Source: Tubiluchus corallicola
Lineage: Eukaryota; Animalia; Priapulida
Length of the DNA: 64,000 bases
Direction of reading: 5' to 3'
NCBI GenBank assembly: GCA_030141605.1
Contig: JAQGDQ010000032.1
Location: forward strand, 372,001-436,000
Within the stretch, counting starts at the first letter, position 1. Every line of letters begins with the position of its first letter. Of this stretch, positions 32,966-46,600 are shown in pieces. Position numbers and translations under genes: made by a program. Under the pieces are notes generated by a model that saw only the letters and a list, made by a program, of their open reading frames with translations, ran no database searches and had not been told where the DNA came from.

Positions 32966-34561
32966 ATGGCAAATAACAACATAGAAATAGATGCTCCCAC
33001 TAGATCAACTTGTGCTAACAATGTGGGAAAATTTGTTGTGGCTGTTGATATTGGAACCACCACTATAAGATCTCATGTGTATAATCGTGACGTTAAAGTG
33101 ATTGGCAAAGGTTCTCGAAGGATTAAGCTCCTGTACCCCAAGCCTGGATATGTGGAACTCGATGAGAGCACCTTGTACGAACAATTTGTGGCAGTGGTAA
33201 AAGAGTCCCTTGAGTCAGCAAAAATTGGTGCCAACAAAGTGGCAGCATTAGGGATATCTACGCAAAGGAACACATTCATTACCTGGGATAAAGAAACTGG
33301 TACACCATTCCATCATTTCATTAGCTGGCAAGATGCCAGATCAGATGATTACTGTAAAGCATGGAATAGGTCTTTTACAGTGCGTGTCATACGCAGTGCT
33401 TCCAATATCCTCTACAGAATAACTGGAAAAAAGAAATACCTTGCAACATCTGTCTTTTATTTTAAAAATGAATCGGTACCGATGCGTTTGCTTTGGATGT
33501 ATGACAATATACCCAGACTTCGGGAGCGATCACGACAAGGCCAAGTGTTGTTCGGGACAATTGAAACTTGGCTACTGTGGAAGTTGACCGATGGGCAGAA
33601 ACATCTTGTGGACATATCGAGTGCTAGTACTACACTTTTATATGATAGTTTCATATGCGAATGGAGTACTTTCATTATGAAATTGATAAACATTGAAACT
33701 GACATACTTCCTGAAGTGTGTGATACAGCAGGGTTATTTGGTGAAACACTGCCTGAGATTTTCGGTGCGCCAATTCAAATAATGGCCATGGCAGGAGACC
33801 AGCAAGCTGCTATGTTTGGGGAATGTTGCTTTGACATTGGCGACGTTAAATGTACTATGGGAACTGGTACATTCATAGATGTTAACACAGGTGATAAGCC
33901 GCACGCATCTATAAATGGTATTTATCCTCTAGTTGGATGGAAATACAATGATGAGCTGGTGTACTTAGCAGAAGGAAACTCTGCCGACACAGGTACTGCG
34001 GTATCATGGGGTCAGTTAATTGGTCTCTTTTCTGATCCATCTGAATCATCTGATGTTGCAAGTAGTGTCCCAGATAGCAATGGCCTGTGTTTCGTGCCTG
34101 CATTTAGTGGTTTACAAGCACCGATCAATGACGTTAAAGCCTGTGCGGGATTCCTTGGTTTGACTCCGACAACTAGGAAAGAACACATGGTAAGAGCCAT
34201 TTTGGAATCTCTTGCCTTCAGAGTGCAACAGCTCTTCCAGACAATACTTGATGAAGCTTCATTTCGTGTTGGCAACATGAGAGTTGATGGAGGTGTGTCC
34301 AACAACAACTTTCTGATGCAGCTTATTGCAGACCTAATCGATCGACAGATTGATAGAACACTTAACAAAGATATGTCCAGTCATGGTGCAGCATTTCTTG
34401 CTGGTATGGCAGCCGGCATGTGGACAAAATGCGATATGAAAAGATTCCGGAAAAGTGAATGCTTATTTAAACCGAATCCTGAAGCAGTATGGGGAAAGTA
34501 TGAACCCACTATAAAGAAATGGAATCAAGCTATAAAAGCTTGTTGTAATTGGTATACATGA
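32966..34561 (+). CDS. GK5: Putative glycerol kinase 5 (FGGY carbohydrate kinase), 531 aa, uninterrupted CDS
   Basis: VDIGTT, LGISTQR.TF, FISWQD.R, GDQQAAMFG.CCF..GDVK.TMGTG, FVPAFSGLQAP.ND and RVDGGVS.N.F..Q motifs. The first ATG is at 32966 (the track start is a GTG). A 5' UTR acceptor is at 32711-32712 and AATAAA at 34901. Confidence 0.93.
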   Translation: MANNNIEIDAPTRSTCANNVGKFVVAVDIGTTTIRSHVYNRDVKVIGKGSRRIKLLYPKPGYVELDESTLYEQFVAVVKESLESAKIGANKVAALGISTQRNTFITWDKETGTPFHHFISWQDARSDDYCKAWNRSFTVRVIRSASNILYRITGKKKYLATSVFYFKNESVPMRLLWMYDNIPRLRERSRQGQVLFGTIETWLLWKLTDGQKHLVDISSASTTLLYDSFICEWSTFIMKLINIETDILPEVCDTAGLFGETLPEIFGAPIQIMAMAGDQQAAMFGECCFDIGDVKCTMGTGTFIDVNTGDKPHASINGIYPLVGWKYNDELVYLAEGNSADTGTAVSWGQLIGLFSDPSESSDVASSVPDSNGLCFVPAFSGLQAPINDVKACAGFLGLTPTTRKEHMVRAILESLAFRVQQLFQTILDEASFRVGNMRVDGGVSNNNFLMQLIADLIDRQIDRTLNKDMSSHGAAFLAGMAAGMWTKCDMKRFRKSECLFKPNPEAVWGKYEPTIKKWNQAIKACCNWYT

Positions 34562-36019
34562 GTGCTTTATCAGTTGCTGAGCTATAATATTAGTGAAGAT
34601 GTGCCTCGAATATACACGTACAAGAAACTCAACGTTCTTGTTTTATAAAAGTTTGCTCAAAGAATGAACTTAAGTTCTTAGGGACTTTTTTCAGTATGAA
34701 CTACATTTCTATACACATGGTGTGCAGAGTACGTTCTGCAAGGAAGTTGATTTTTGTAGTGTTTCAATTTTTTGTCGATGTTACGTTGAAATGTATCCTA
34801 GAAATTTTAATTGTAACTTGTACATAAAATTATTGGGCGACTAAAATTTAAGCAAAACCAGCCACAATGAAGAGATAAGAACTCACAATTTTCTTCCTCA
34901 AATAAAAATAATAGGCATTATTATTATCAGTTTGAATGGTTGACGAACAAGCTATACCACAATTTATGATAATACTTATCTACCATACACACCACAAAAA
35001 TGAAATGTTACATTTCTGGCTCGCAAGTATTAAACTTGCATATCACAGGCTTACAGCATTTTCAAGCTGTACACTACTTAGAAACTTTAGTCACACCTGC
35101 ACAGTTTTTAACATATTCCATCAGCTTTGCTTTTGCAACATTAGATTATATTTGAAGATGACATTACTACTAAAACAAAAATTTAATTATAAAATTGACA
35201 AAAAAAAGCTTATCTCATTAAAATGAAAAATCAACTGGACTGATGCAGAACTATTAATTAAAAAAGTGGCATAGGTGTTTACATTGTATGTATACTTCAG
35301 CTAGTCACAAAGCTACTTTAAATCTGAACAACTGTGCTTAGCTGAAACAGATGCAAAGTAAAATTGAAACTCACTTGTAAACATCTACACAGTGTTTCTT
35401 TTTCTTGTGTACTTCTACATGTACAAAACACGTGGCCTGCTAACAATAATTGCATTGTACGTTATAACTACAACAGTCAGAAATTCATAGAAACTTTCAT
35501 AATGTGAATGCATTGAAGTGGCGTGCTGCGTAGGATTAACAATAATTATTTTGGCTTTTTTGACAAATTGAGTCCCAACAGCTGTTTCCCAGTTAGCCGA
35601 CATATAGTATTATAACAGTATCGGACGCTAAAATTAATGCTTTACATGCAAGCAAGTATTCGTGTCCAATTAGAAGATAATAAAAATTGCAATTTTTATG
35701 CGAGGAAAAGATCGTGTTTGAATATGTAAAGGATGAGAACACACCTTAGTTCATCAAAAAGTCATTTACTTTTTCTTGAAAACAGATATTCTTACTACAA
35801 TCTACGATCTGTAACTTAATGAAACAACAGGAGCAACTGTTTTCAGACCACCAATATCAATTGCAAACATGTATGAATGTACAAAGTGGAAAATTCTTAA
35901 CAAACTAGTGAGTGATACATGCTGGAAATAAGTTTTACATTGTAAACCTAATACACAACTGGGTGCAATAAGCAGTCTAGCAAGTAAAATATTATACACA
36001 AGTGTACATTAGTCTAACA

Positions 36020-39000
36020 TCATTGGGTTTGACACTGCACGTTACCCCGAGGACCTCTTTCATCGTCGTCGCTGTCAAACGCATTGTGATAGTTACCATG
36101 GTGGCGGCTGTCCTCTAACCGCGTCAAAGTAACGTGTTCAGCATCGTCAGGGACCATCAATTCTTCAGCAGGTGGTAATAATGTCTGTTAATATAACATG
36201 CATAGTACTGTAATTAGATTTCAATTGCTGAAGCGTCACAAACCATATTAAACGACCTCAAATTATTTTTGTCAGCATTTGCTTAAGAATGTCACAACCA
36301 GCAAAACCAGACACGGCATACAGAATAGTTCACTGGCAGCATGTTAAGAATTGTTGAGTAGATATACAAAAGTACAGCAAGTTCTGCATAATTTGGATGG
36401 CTAGGGCAAAGAAACTGTCCAAGTTACGCGATAAATCGAGTTCGTCAAAGACGCATATTCGTACAGTCATTTCTTGATGGATGCACTCTGTGCTTGCGTG
36501 CAGCTACTTATTGAAATGGGGAGCCTGCTTCATTGCCAAATGTTAATTAGTTTATTTTAAAATGACTAACTGTTGTTTTCACACTCACCTCACTGCAAAT
36601 GAAGATGCAACAGCCAATTGTATTGTAATTAAGTAATCAACAGTGAAATGTGACATGCAAGGCTTACACACTCGCATGCGTGCATAAAAATACTGTCTGC
36701 ATTTAATGCAAAAGACAGTCTGCCAGGCCCCGTTGAAACCAACGGTGGATATCCAAGTAAATAATAATGCAGTCAGATTTTTCCGTTTTGCCATTTTATT
36801 ACAAAGGCAGAACCAGTGAATTACCAGTGAGCAAATTCCTCAGAAATTAGATAATTTACATGGCACAGCCGGGAAAGCGCGCACTCATTGTGCATTGACA
36901 ATGTTTCTGTGTGTGCGAGATAAGCAGAGCAAATACAATAGGTTTTGCATAAATTGTTCCCTTAAAAATAATGAATTCAGTGATATAATGAGTTAAAAAT
37001 ACAGAGCTTTACAAATGCTTTAAGCATTAAAATATATAGGGACAAATCCATTCTACCGAATCTGTCTGAGATGAATGATATTCCGAATTACACCCCGTAG
37101 TATAGTAGTATATAGCTAGATCTACCTAGATTTTGTATGAGCTTCATGGCTTCCTAAAATTTTTTACAACTTCTAAACCAATGTATGTATGTACAATAGC
37201 AAAGGATTGACAGCTCTCATATTATTGTCAATGCGCCACGCAGTCATAACAGCAACTGACAAGAAAACACTGGGTTCTTTTTTTGCCCCAAGTAACATGT
37301 TATTTGCTTGTTTGCTACGAATATGTTCTTGATAAGATGATTGAGTTTTAGTGTGTGATTAATACACATATGAGTAATTTAACAATTTTCTTTAATTTAT
37401 TAGCCTTTAGAGTGAAACACAGAAACAATAAGAGTGAAAATTAGGACTCCAACCTGTGTAGACTTGTTGACAGTTGTGATTCGTTTATGGCAAAAATTTA
37501 ACACATCTCGCTATAACGCCAACTTTTTTCTCGTCCCAAAGTGGGCAGTATAAAAAGACAATACAGTAATATAGGCAGTAATATACATATATATATATAT
37601 ATTATAATAAAGCTTTCAAGAAATACCTTTAATAGGCTGAGCTTTTCTGGTGGCAGGAAATTATCATCAGGAAAGTTGACAGAAAACTGTAGAATAAGTC
37701 TACCCTTTTCAAATGGATTCTTGTACATTGGCATACCTTCTCCTATTACACATTTGACATCTCCATGTTTTATTACCTCACCTAGCAAAGAAAGCAACAA
37801 ATCTTGTAGATATTAAAAATGGGATCAAAATTTAATTATGGTCTTACTAGCGCTAGTCAGCCACCCAACAGCACAAAACAGTAAATGGAATATTATTTTG
37901 CTATAAAATCTCACAGATTTAAATTTGTAACAATTTTTGTTGGTGTTCAGTCCTAAAAACATTCTTACATAAACAACTGCTAAAACTCGTTACTAAGCCA
38001 TTATCAGCCAGTGATTTTTCCAGTTACATACTCAAGCAAAATTTTTAAACGAGAACTTAGACAATGATGTTTAATACTTTTTGAAATAACAAAGATTTCA
38101 TAAACAAGATTTGCATTTTCCACATATGAAATCTGTAGGAAATTCTCTGTAAAAAGACTTGCGAGAAATTAATGAATGCAGTTCCAAACAATAAGATCTG
38201 TAAGAGCGCTCCTATTAATAATTCAAGTGAGACATGCTAAAACCAAGCCATACCTGGCAGGGTGCTAATAACTAACTCTCTGTCATCTAGCGTCTTTATA
38301 GATTTATGGAATCCGCAGAGACTTTCCACTAGCTCCAAAGCTTGCTTGTACAGCAGATCATTGCCACTTCGGCGAAACGATTCATGTTCTTTTTCCTCTA
38401 GCACAATTATTATATCTCCTGCTTCTAGTCCTGGTTCCTGATCACCCTCACCAGAAAATGTGATCTTCTGACCATCTCTCATACCTATTACAACAAAAAA
38501 TACAATGCTTTAAACATTAAGCTTATTACTGCTAAAATAATAATTAGCCTAACGTTATTATTCAGTACAGGTACTCAGAACAAAAAGTGATAAAAGAGCA
38601 ATGAGTAGTTGGGGTCTCTCTACATTTTCACAAAATAAATGAATAAATAAATCGCAAAATTGGAATGGCAAATTTTAATACTCTTGTTAAATAAACAGCC
38701 CTTTTCTCTTTAACGAATAGCCCTTAAATAAAATTTCAAAACCTTGAAGTTTTAGTCAGCATACTTATTTTGCTCGGAATAACAAAAGCTGCAAAAATAA
38801 ATTTTTTCACCAAGACTGTACAAACAAATTTTCTAGAAAAGTTAGGGCCTGTCCGTGCTAAATACCAGCCGGATACTGTGCAAAAGCCTATAACTGCCAG
38901 AAAAACACAACTGTGGCATCATCTGCAAAATGAGTTTTGAAATTTAGAACTGTCACCAGTAGTTCACATAATCAAGTTTCATCTCAAGTAGTTTAAAACA

Positions 39001-40121
39001 CGTATTTCATACCATCGTCATTTACCATGTACACGTCTAAAATTGCTGAGTCTAAATGTCATATTCTAAGTTAATAAAAGTATTTGTTTTGAACATTTTC
39101 TTACCTTTATCAACATGCACTTCCAATATTTTTCGCTCCCTGACAACTTTTTTAGCATTGCAAGTTTTGCAACGATCCTTAGGACTGATCCGTTCTCCTT
39201 GGCCTTGACATTCGGTGCACATAGACTGAATCTGTTGCACCATACCAGGAGCTAGCTGCTGTATGCGGACTTGCATACCGGTTCCCTTGCAATTTGAACA
39301 CTTTTCAACTGCTCCCTTTTTGCCACCACGGCCTAAATATTGATAGTAATCACTCCATTAAACACATGACAATGATGTGAACACGATTTTGTTCTGTTAT
39401 GGGCTAGATGAATAGAAACACCTGTTTAGTGAATTTGGTCACCAGGATCAATACTCTTGGCAGTAGTGTTTCATATTTAACCATTGTCCTTCACGAGATT
39501 GGTTCCAATCACAATTATCTACATGTACGTTGAACAGACCTGGGCCAAGCCATCCTAACTACACGGTGCTGAATTATAAAAAAGACGAGCTCTACATTCA
39601 TGCATCAGATATAGGTGCTCTATTAAACACTTCAAATCTTTACAGGAATTTTGAAATTAACCTAACAATGATAACGCTAAATACTCAACCCACTGTTATT
39701 TGCCAAAATGCAGAGTTGCAGAACAAGATGAGCAACATTCACAAAGCCAACTAAGTCAAAAGCATAAAAATGATGCTGGTACCTTCACATTTGTCACAGA
39801 TAACATTTTTCTGCAGAGCAAGCTTACGCACACTTCCATTGTAGAGATCCTTTAATGAAATCGGAAGTTGGTGAACAACATCTTTTCCTCTTCTTTCTCT
39901 CCTACGGCCACCGCCTCCAAAAAACATGTCAAAAATATCCATAGGCGAGCTGTAAAGGAAAGCAAACAATAAGTGCTCTGAAAAATTATGTAAACAGTTT
40001 CATTGTTCAACTTCAAGTAAAGTAAGCTTCAAACCCACAATACTGTACTTATGTAACAAGATTTATCAAAATCACGAGACAGCAGTTTATCTACAAATTA
40101 CCATCAAAACTTACTTATGTA

Positions 40122-40152
<31 letters not shown>

Positions 40153-40906
40153 GTGTATGCGTGTTTGTGTGTGTGTGTGTGTGTATATACTTGCATATAC
40201 TAACAACTTGTTGTGTATGTGTGTATAATTTCAAATTCACGCACCAAGCGGCAATAAACCATGAAAAATTTCTAGGAATTATTTACACGGGCTTTTAAAG
40301 AGCTGCCAGTCACAGTGCATAAAACGTCAAAGTAAAAATCACCATACATATTATTCTTCCAAACGTGTGTTTTCAGTGAAAATTACAAGTGAAAAATTAA
40401 ACTACTTTTTCCAAAAGTTTCATAATTGAATCGCAAACCTGAAGTGAAATCCTCCACCTCCATTTCCACCTTCTTGTATAGCCTGTTCTCCTCCTTTGTC
40501 ATAAGTGTCTCTCTTTTTTGGATCGGAAAGTACTTCATAAGCCTGAGAAATTTGCTTGAACTGCAAGAAAGTTCACTTTTAATCAGCCAGTTGAGATAAA
40601 ATGTTGCAACGGGAAACAACACAAAATTAACAAAAAATAAAAAATAAATTTGGTAAATAATAATTAACAACAATTACAGAATATAATTATATACGTAAGT
40701 TATATATATATATATATCCGAATTCACATACACACTCAGCCGCACAAGCACAAATATTGTACACTAATACATACCTTATCTGGATCCTCTGGGTTTTTGT
40801 CTGGATGGTACTTTAATGCAAGCTTTCTGTAAGCTTTCTTTAGTTCATCTTGACTAGCATTGGGCTTCACACCAAGAATGTCATAATACTTTGTTTCTTT
40901 AACCAT
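36020..40906 (-). CDS. DNAJA1: DnaJ homolog subfamily A (DNAJA1/A4, Droj2-like), 399 aa; exons 40775-40906, 40439-40560, 39783-39949, 39105-39332, 38254-38484, 37627-37781, 36020-36184
   Basis: [13 protein letters not shown]...HPDKNP J-domain, G/F region, CxxCxGxG zinc fingers and C-terminal CaaX-type CQTQ. Splice phases sum to 1200 nt. Confidence 0.95.
40118..40185. repeat. (GT)n microsatellite
   Basis: Directly visible. Confidence 0.95.
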
Positions 40907-41799
40907 GATAACTCTGGAAAGTTAAGCTTGTTGTAATCAGTCGGTTACTTCTAAATACCAATGCTAGAAAAAATAGTTACAAAACAGACATGCATCGCAA
41001 AATAGACAATATTAAAAACACAATGCGCATGCCCTAGCATTGAGAAAATAAAATCCAGCAGCCACATGGGTGCCAGGGATGTGCCGATCCAATAAGTAAT
41101 AGGCAAGTGAACATGCATATCGGAACAGGTATACTTTAATATCAGCAATGGTAAGTTGGCCTTGTGCTACGTGTGCAGTCAAAAGTACAAAATTGACACA
41201 TCGCTCGTAAGAAATTTTTTATAAATATGTAGCAATGGAACCGTGAGAAGTACTGATTTATATTTGTATCACCCAATGCTGCTTATTAGTGTTTGCACGG
41301 GACACCCGTGTAATTATCCGCATTGCTTATTATTACCCGAGCCTGATAATGCTAGCCAGTTCCAACAGTGAAAATACAGACATTATTGTTAATATGATAT
41401 CCACTATTTAATAATTTAATATTTAAATGCCACCTTCTGTGGTGCACTTGTATTGCACAATAGGTACATACTAGCAGATTATTAACAAAATACCGTATTG
41501 ACACACTGCCAGCCAGCATTCAAACACAGTAAACTTGCTCTTTAGCAAATTATTAGTCATTATTACTTGAAATACTATATAATCTAAAGTGCATTACAGC
41601 CTTAGGAAGCCGGCAGTGATTATATCTCTATCAGTTGCAAGCAGGTCAAACTAGGTTTGCTGGAAAGATGACTTACAAAATTTTACTGAAAACAAACCCT
41701 GGACTTCTTTACCAGGAGGTAAATTATTTAAACGGAATTGTTTATTAACATTTAAAAAACTTTCAGGCCACTAATAATAAACAGATTGTTAAGTTTAAA

Positions 41800-42960
41800 T
41801 CTAATTATTGAAATGTACTAAGATGCTCAAAGAATAGGTCAGAAGCACAAGTACTTCTTGGAAAAGCCTTTGTTTTAAATTCTTTATGCAGTCTTCCAGA
41901 TAATGCTGTTTCTGCATTTATAGGTGTTCTTGTACTGTCAATCTTGGATCATGTGGAGCAGGAGCAGTATATTCACATTTTCAGGAATTTCATCAGATCA
42001 GTAAACCAGCAGCGTTGCATGGATCCATTTTGTTAACTGAACTCTTTGCTATCTTCGCTGTGTTACAGTTTGTTGCGGAACAATTAATCTTTGTAGTTGC
42101 AGATTTATAGTTTATAGATATTACAGTTTTTTCAGATAGTCAATGTTTAGTAGGCATTGTATCTTTAGGATGGTCTTGTAACTGTTACAAAGATCTACGT
42201 GACAGTATGAAAACTTATAATAAATTTCTTAGTACGAAAACTTATGTGAAATTTCTTTATAGTACTAATATTCATGTTAACTTTATATGGCTTCCTGGTC
42301 ATTGTAATATTATTGGAAATGAGCTTGATGACTCCTTGGCTAAAAAGGCTGACCATGATGCTCAATTTACAGATGTAAATACCTGTATTTACACTTTGCA
42401 GGACGTCAAGAATGCAAGCTGAAAAACTTTACTTCGTAAATGGCAGTTTCGATGGAATCACTTTCAAACGGTAGATTTTTCTATAATTTGTGTTTCTTCA
42501 ATTTGTTTTGTGATCTTCAATAGAAGACTTGATTTTCCATCAAAGTCACAGTTTTCCAAACTTCTTCAATCACATACGGGCTACTCTATACTATATTCAT
42601 AAGATTGGAAACGTCAATTCTCCACCATGCAAGTGTGGTTTAGTGGAATGTGCTGTTACACAATATTTCCGACATACTGGCTTATCTAATTTCAAGCTAG
42701 TTGATACATTGGCATGTGAAGTCACTGACCAAGAAGGTGTTAATATTGAAGCGATAATTAAAGATTCTTTGTTCTTTTATAGATAGCACTGAACGTTTAA
42801 ACAAGTGAATACTATAATATTGCCTATGTTTCGTCAGTATTGGAGTGATATCACCACATTCTCTTTATTTCAGCTTTTATGAAAAATTTTCCATTGTGAT
42901 AAACAGCTTATATGTGTTGATTTAAGCATTTACATGAGCATTTTGTCGACAAACATTGAT
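41800..42960 (+). mobile_element. Second degenerate copy of the RNase H LINE, in the DNAJA1 5' UTR intron
   Basis: Colinear with ~15636-16815; motif WLPGHCNIIGNELDDSLAKKA. Confidence 0.88.
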
Positions 42961-43229
42961 GTCGAAATTTTCTTCATGGAGAACATGAATTACAACATAA
43001 AGCTAAAATAATGTTTACATTCGAATCTTCTTTAGAACGGTATAACTGATATTTTAGCAAGGTAAAGTTTACGCATTATGTGTACATATTAAGAATATTA
43101 GTATTAGCAGCTACTACTTAGTATAGTACTAGCATAAAGAGTATGACTCATTGACTATCCCAACAAAAAAGGCAAGGTAAGATTACAAAGATGTGCGGAA
43201 CTAGTTACCAACCTTCAAATAATACTTAC

Positions 43230-43660
43230 GCCGCTCAAATGAAAGCTTAGCAGAATTCACATTCAACTTTCTCTGTCCATTTATTAGTTTTAGATGATAA
43301 CAGGCTGACTCATTGTGTTTCGTTGTCATTGTCGTTGCTCACTTTTTGTTTCAGTAAATCTATCAATGGTTATCAATTGGTGTGTCTACCCTAACACAGT
43401 ACACATTGGTTGCCAACTAGATGCGAAAATAACTTTACTTACCTGGGAAAATTAACATCAGCCAACTACTTATAACAGTATAACTAATTATTCACCTCAG
43501 AATGTTCTCCTTACTTTTCTTGCAGTTTCTAGAAAATTTGACGTCATCTGCACACGCCCCATCTAGTGTGCGATTTGTGATTTACTCTAACCAATAGAAA
43601 TAATTCATTGTAAATATTTTTAATCATTTTATTCCTATTACCTGTTACGTGGCTTCTAGC
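43230..43660 (-). promoter_or_regulatory. DNAJA1 noncoding first exon(s) and promoter with heat-shock elements
   Basis: GTAAGT donors at 43228-43229 and 43441-43442; nGAAnnTTCn at 43499-43508; TTCtaGAA at 43527-43534; perfect CRE TGACGTCA at 43539-43546; GC box ~43554; CCAAT at 43591. Confidence 0.7.
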
Positions 43661-46600
43661 CATGTGCAACTACTCCCAGCTATCATAAATTCATAATTCC
43701 AATGAAATAAAATTTTAATAAAAACCCTTCCGAACGCTTGCTGTATTATGTCTATATCTTTCACTTAACCGGTTAATTTTTTATCAGTTAACCATTAACC
43801 TAGTAATCAGATCTATAGGCAACACCGGAGACCCTCTGTAATTAAGGATGGTTGCAAGAATGATTTGTACGACTGACTTTAAAATAGGAGTATAGTATGA
43901 CATTAAAAAATTGTACCATCAAGGTCATCACCCATCGAGTCTTTGTGATGTTTTAATACCACGCTCAAGTACAAAAGCTTGCAAGCATAATAAGTAAATT
44001 ACTTTTAGTTTCAGAACTCGAGTCACTAGTTTTTTTAATCAGTTGCACACATTGCACACACAAGACTAAATTGTAATTTAAATTTCGAAGTAATGTATTT
44101 TCTACTAGCACATCTCAAATTCTTTTTTGGGTGATAATCAGTTATCCTGCTTTTCATGTGCTCACAGCATTATACACCAGGTTCATTTATCAGAAATTGC
44201 ACTATTTGAGCTCTACTCTGTTTTAAACAAAGCACTTTTTAGGCAACACATCTTTTTATATGTCTTGCTTGTCGCAATAAATTATATTTTTTATTTTAGA
44301 CAAATACTGCAGGGGTAGTCTATAATTAATTTTGGAGGTCAGTTGAAGGTATTGTCACAAAACACAAAGAAGTGTATCTTTTTTATTTTTATAATTATAA
44401 TTAAATACGTGATAAGTCTTTACTGCAAACCTTATTATTAATTTCTACTGTGAATTACCCAAGAAATTTTTGAATAAAAAAAATCGAGCCTGTAACTGAA
44501 TCGTCTAACAATATTTATTTTTATATAACAATGTGAAGAAACTAACTCTTATGTATATAAGATCCGAACACAGCAATTAAAACTACTACCACATTACGTA
44601 GCAGTTATTAAATGAAAAAAGCTTCAACTTCACCGTCAAAAGCTTTAACAAACAAAACGGTACAGTATTAACACAGCCATCATCTATTCCATGTGACAAT
44701 AATAATAATTACAGAACTGTTGTGTTACAATTAAGTTTGCTGAATGACTCACTAATTTCAGCATTACTGAAACAACGATTTTAGAGTGTAACACATTAAC
44801 TTCATCATGAAAACATACACCCCCACCTAGGTAATTTACATAACCACCCTACTCAAGATTTATATAAACAAAAGTCCTGTGCAAACAATTACAAACAGGT
44901 TTAACATAATCTTGGATATAATATTTATATAGATAATAATTATTATTTACAGTTTATTAGCTATGCCTGTACAAGTTTATCTCATGATAATAACACTCAA
45001 GAATACACAAATCAACAAATCAAACGTTGTTTATATTTTATATGTACTAAAACTATATCAGATATGCACAAATTTGACGCATTTCAAATTCATAGGTATA
45101 TCATGTAGGACCGGAGACAAAAACACTTAAAATAACACACCTTTTCAGAACTCGTAGGAAGCATTCAAATATCAACATGATGTTAAAACTAGTTTGTGTA
45201 ATTTAGTCACTATTATGGCCAGAATACAGAAATTTCATGAAGAACAAATTAATATATAAACCAAAAATTAAAGCAACATAGTTGATTAAGAAGCAGTTAC
45301 TGCTATGTTGAATTCAGCATCGTAGCAGTTACGATAAGATAACCCTGTTAAAAAATACTCAACAAAAGTAAAAAAGACTGCTTTTTTAACTCTATCAGGT
45401 AGCAAATTTCTCAATGACAAGAAAAAATTAAAATTAAATGAAGCAAATGATTAAAAATTTTATGCCACCAGCACACGTAAAATTAAATCAAGATTAATTC
45501 TTCTAAGATGATAAAAAGGTTGAGTAATCGAACAATGATTATAAAATCCAAAACATAAAAAAAACAAAAAGCTCTTAAAGAATGGTTCACAAATTGAAAA
45601 TACCTGAAAATTTTCACATTTTCATAAGTATCAAAAACGTAAGAAACTTTCGTTAATATGTAAAATATGTCATTATAAAGGCAATCAGATAATACAGTAA
45701 AGCAGCAGTAATCAACTACTGGTGCTGCATAATGGAAACATTTAAAACTACAGTAACTCCTCGGCAACTATGTAAAATTAATTTTTCCCATCTAATTAAC
45801 TACCTCAAATTTACAGTTATGAAGTTTGTTTATACTAGTATAAATTTTTCTGTGGCCACGTTATTGCACTACCATCACCTCATACCAAACGGGCTCAAAA
45901 TTATATTAAAAATCAGTAAACCAATATTCATAATTTAATCTGAATTATTCCTGAGAACCTAAGGCACACGAATATGTCCTGAGGATTGACTCTTTACTTG
46001 CCTACTTTCAGCCTAGATGTACAGATTCGTATTTAAATTTTGAAACACATTATACGTTATAGCTCAATCTTAATCTTAAACAAGTTCTGTAATAAAAATA
46101 GAATGAAATATGACAGCTCATAAATTCTTGCATAAACTTGCTAGTTGCATTAATGACAGCAACATAACAACAATTACATCACAATTGCTTCAGATTCTAT
46201 GCCATTATGCTGTCACAGGAGGTCATTTTTCGATAACAATTCATTATGATGGCTAACACTAATATGAAATCACGTACAACCGTATAACGGACCAAACAAT
46301 AACTAAGCAAAAATGTAACAATCTAACCAGCCCCCCGTAACAGTGCCAATCTACTAATAATGCATAAAAATAGATGCTTTTAACTTAGTCGAGGACAAAA
46401 GTACAACTTCAACAACTACTGTTATTTAGTCACTAAATGATATGCATGGATTCAAAAATTTGATTGAAGTGCTTAGAAATTCATCTAATAGTAAAAATGT
46501 CTGTTCAGCATTCTAACATTTTCTTGCAATTCAGTAGAAAAATACAACAAACAAAATTTGTAAACTTGTACTGTCAGATATAGCAAACGTGAAGCAATGC

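Noticed and set aside
43437-43446. ACTTACCTGG, U1 snRNA 5' end
   Set aside because: The following sequence is not U1; it is the reverse complement of a consensus 5' splice site.
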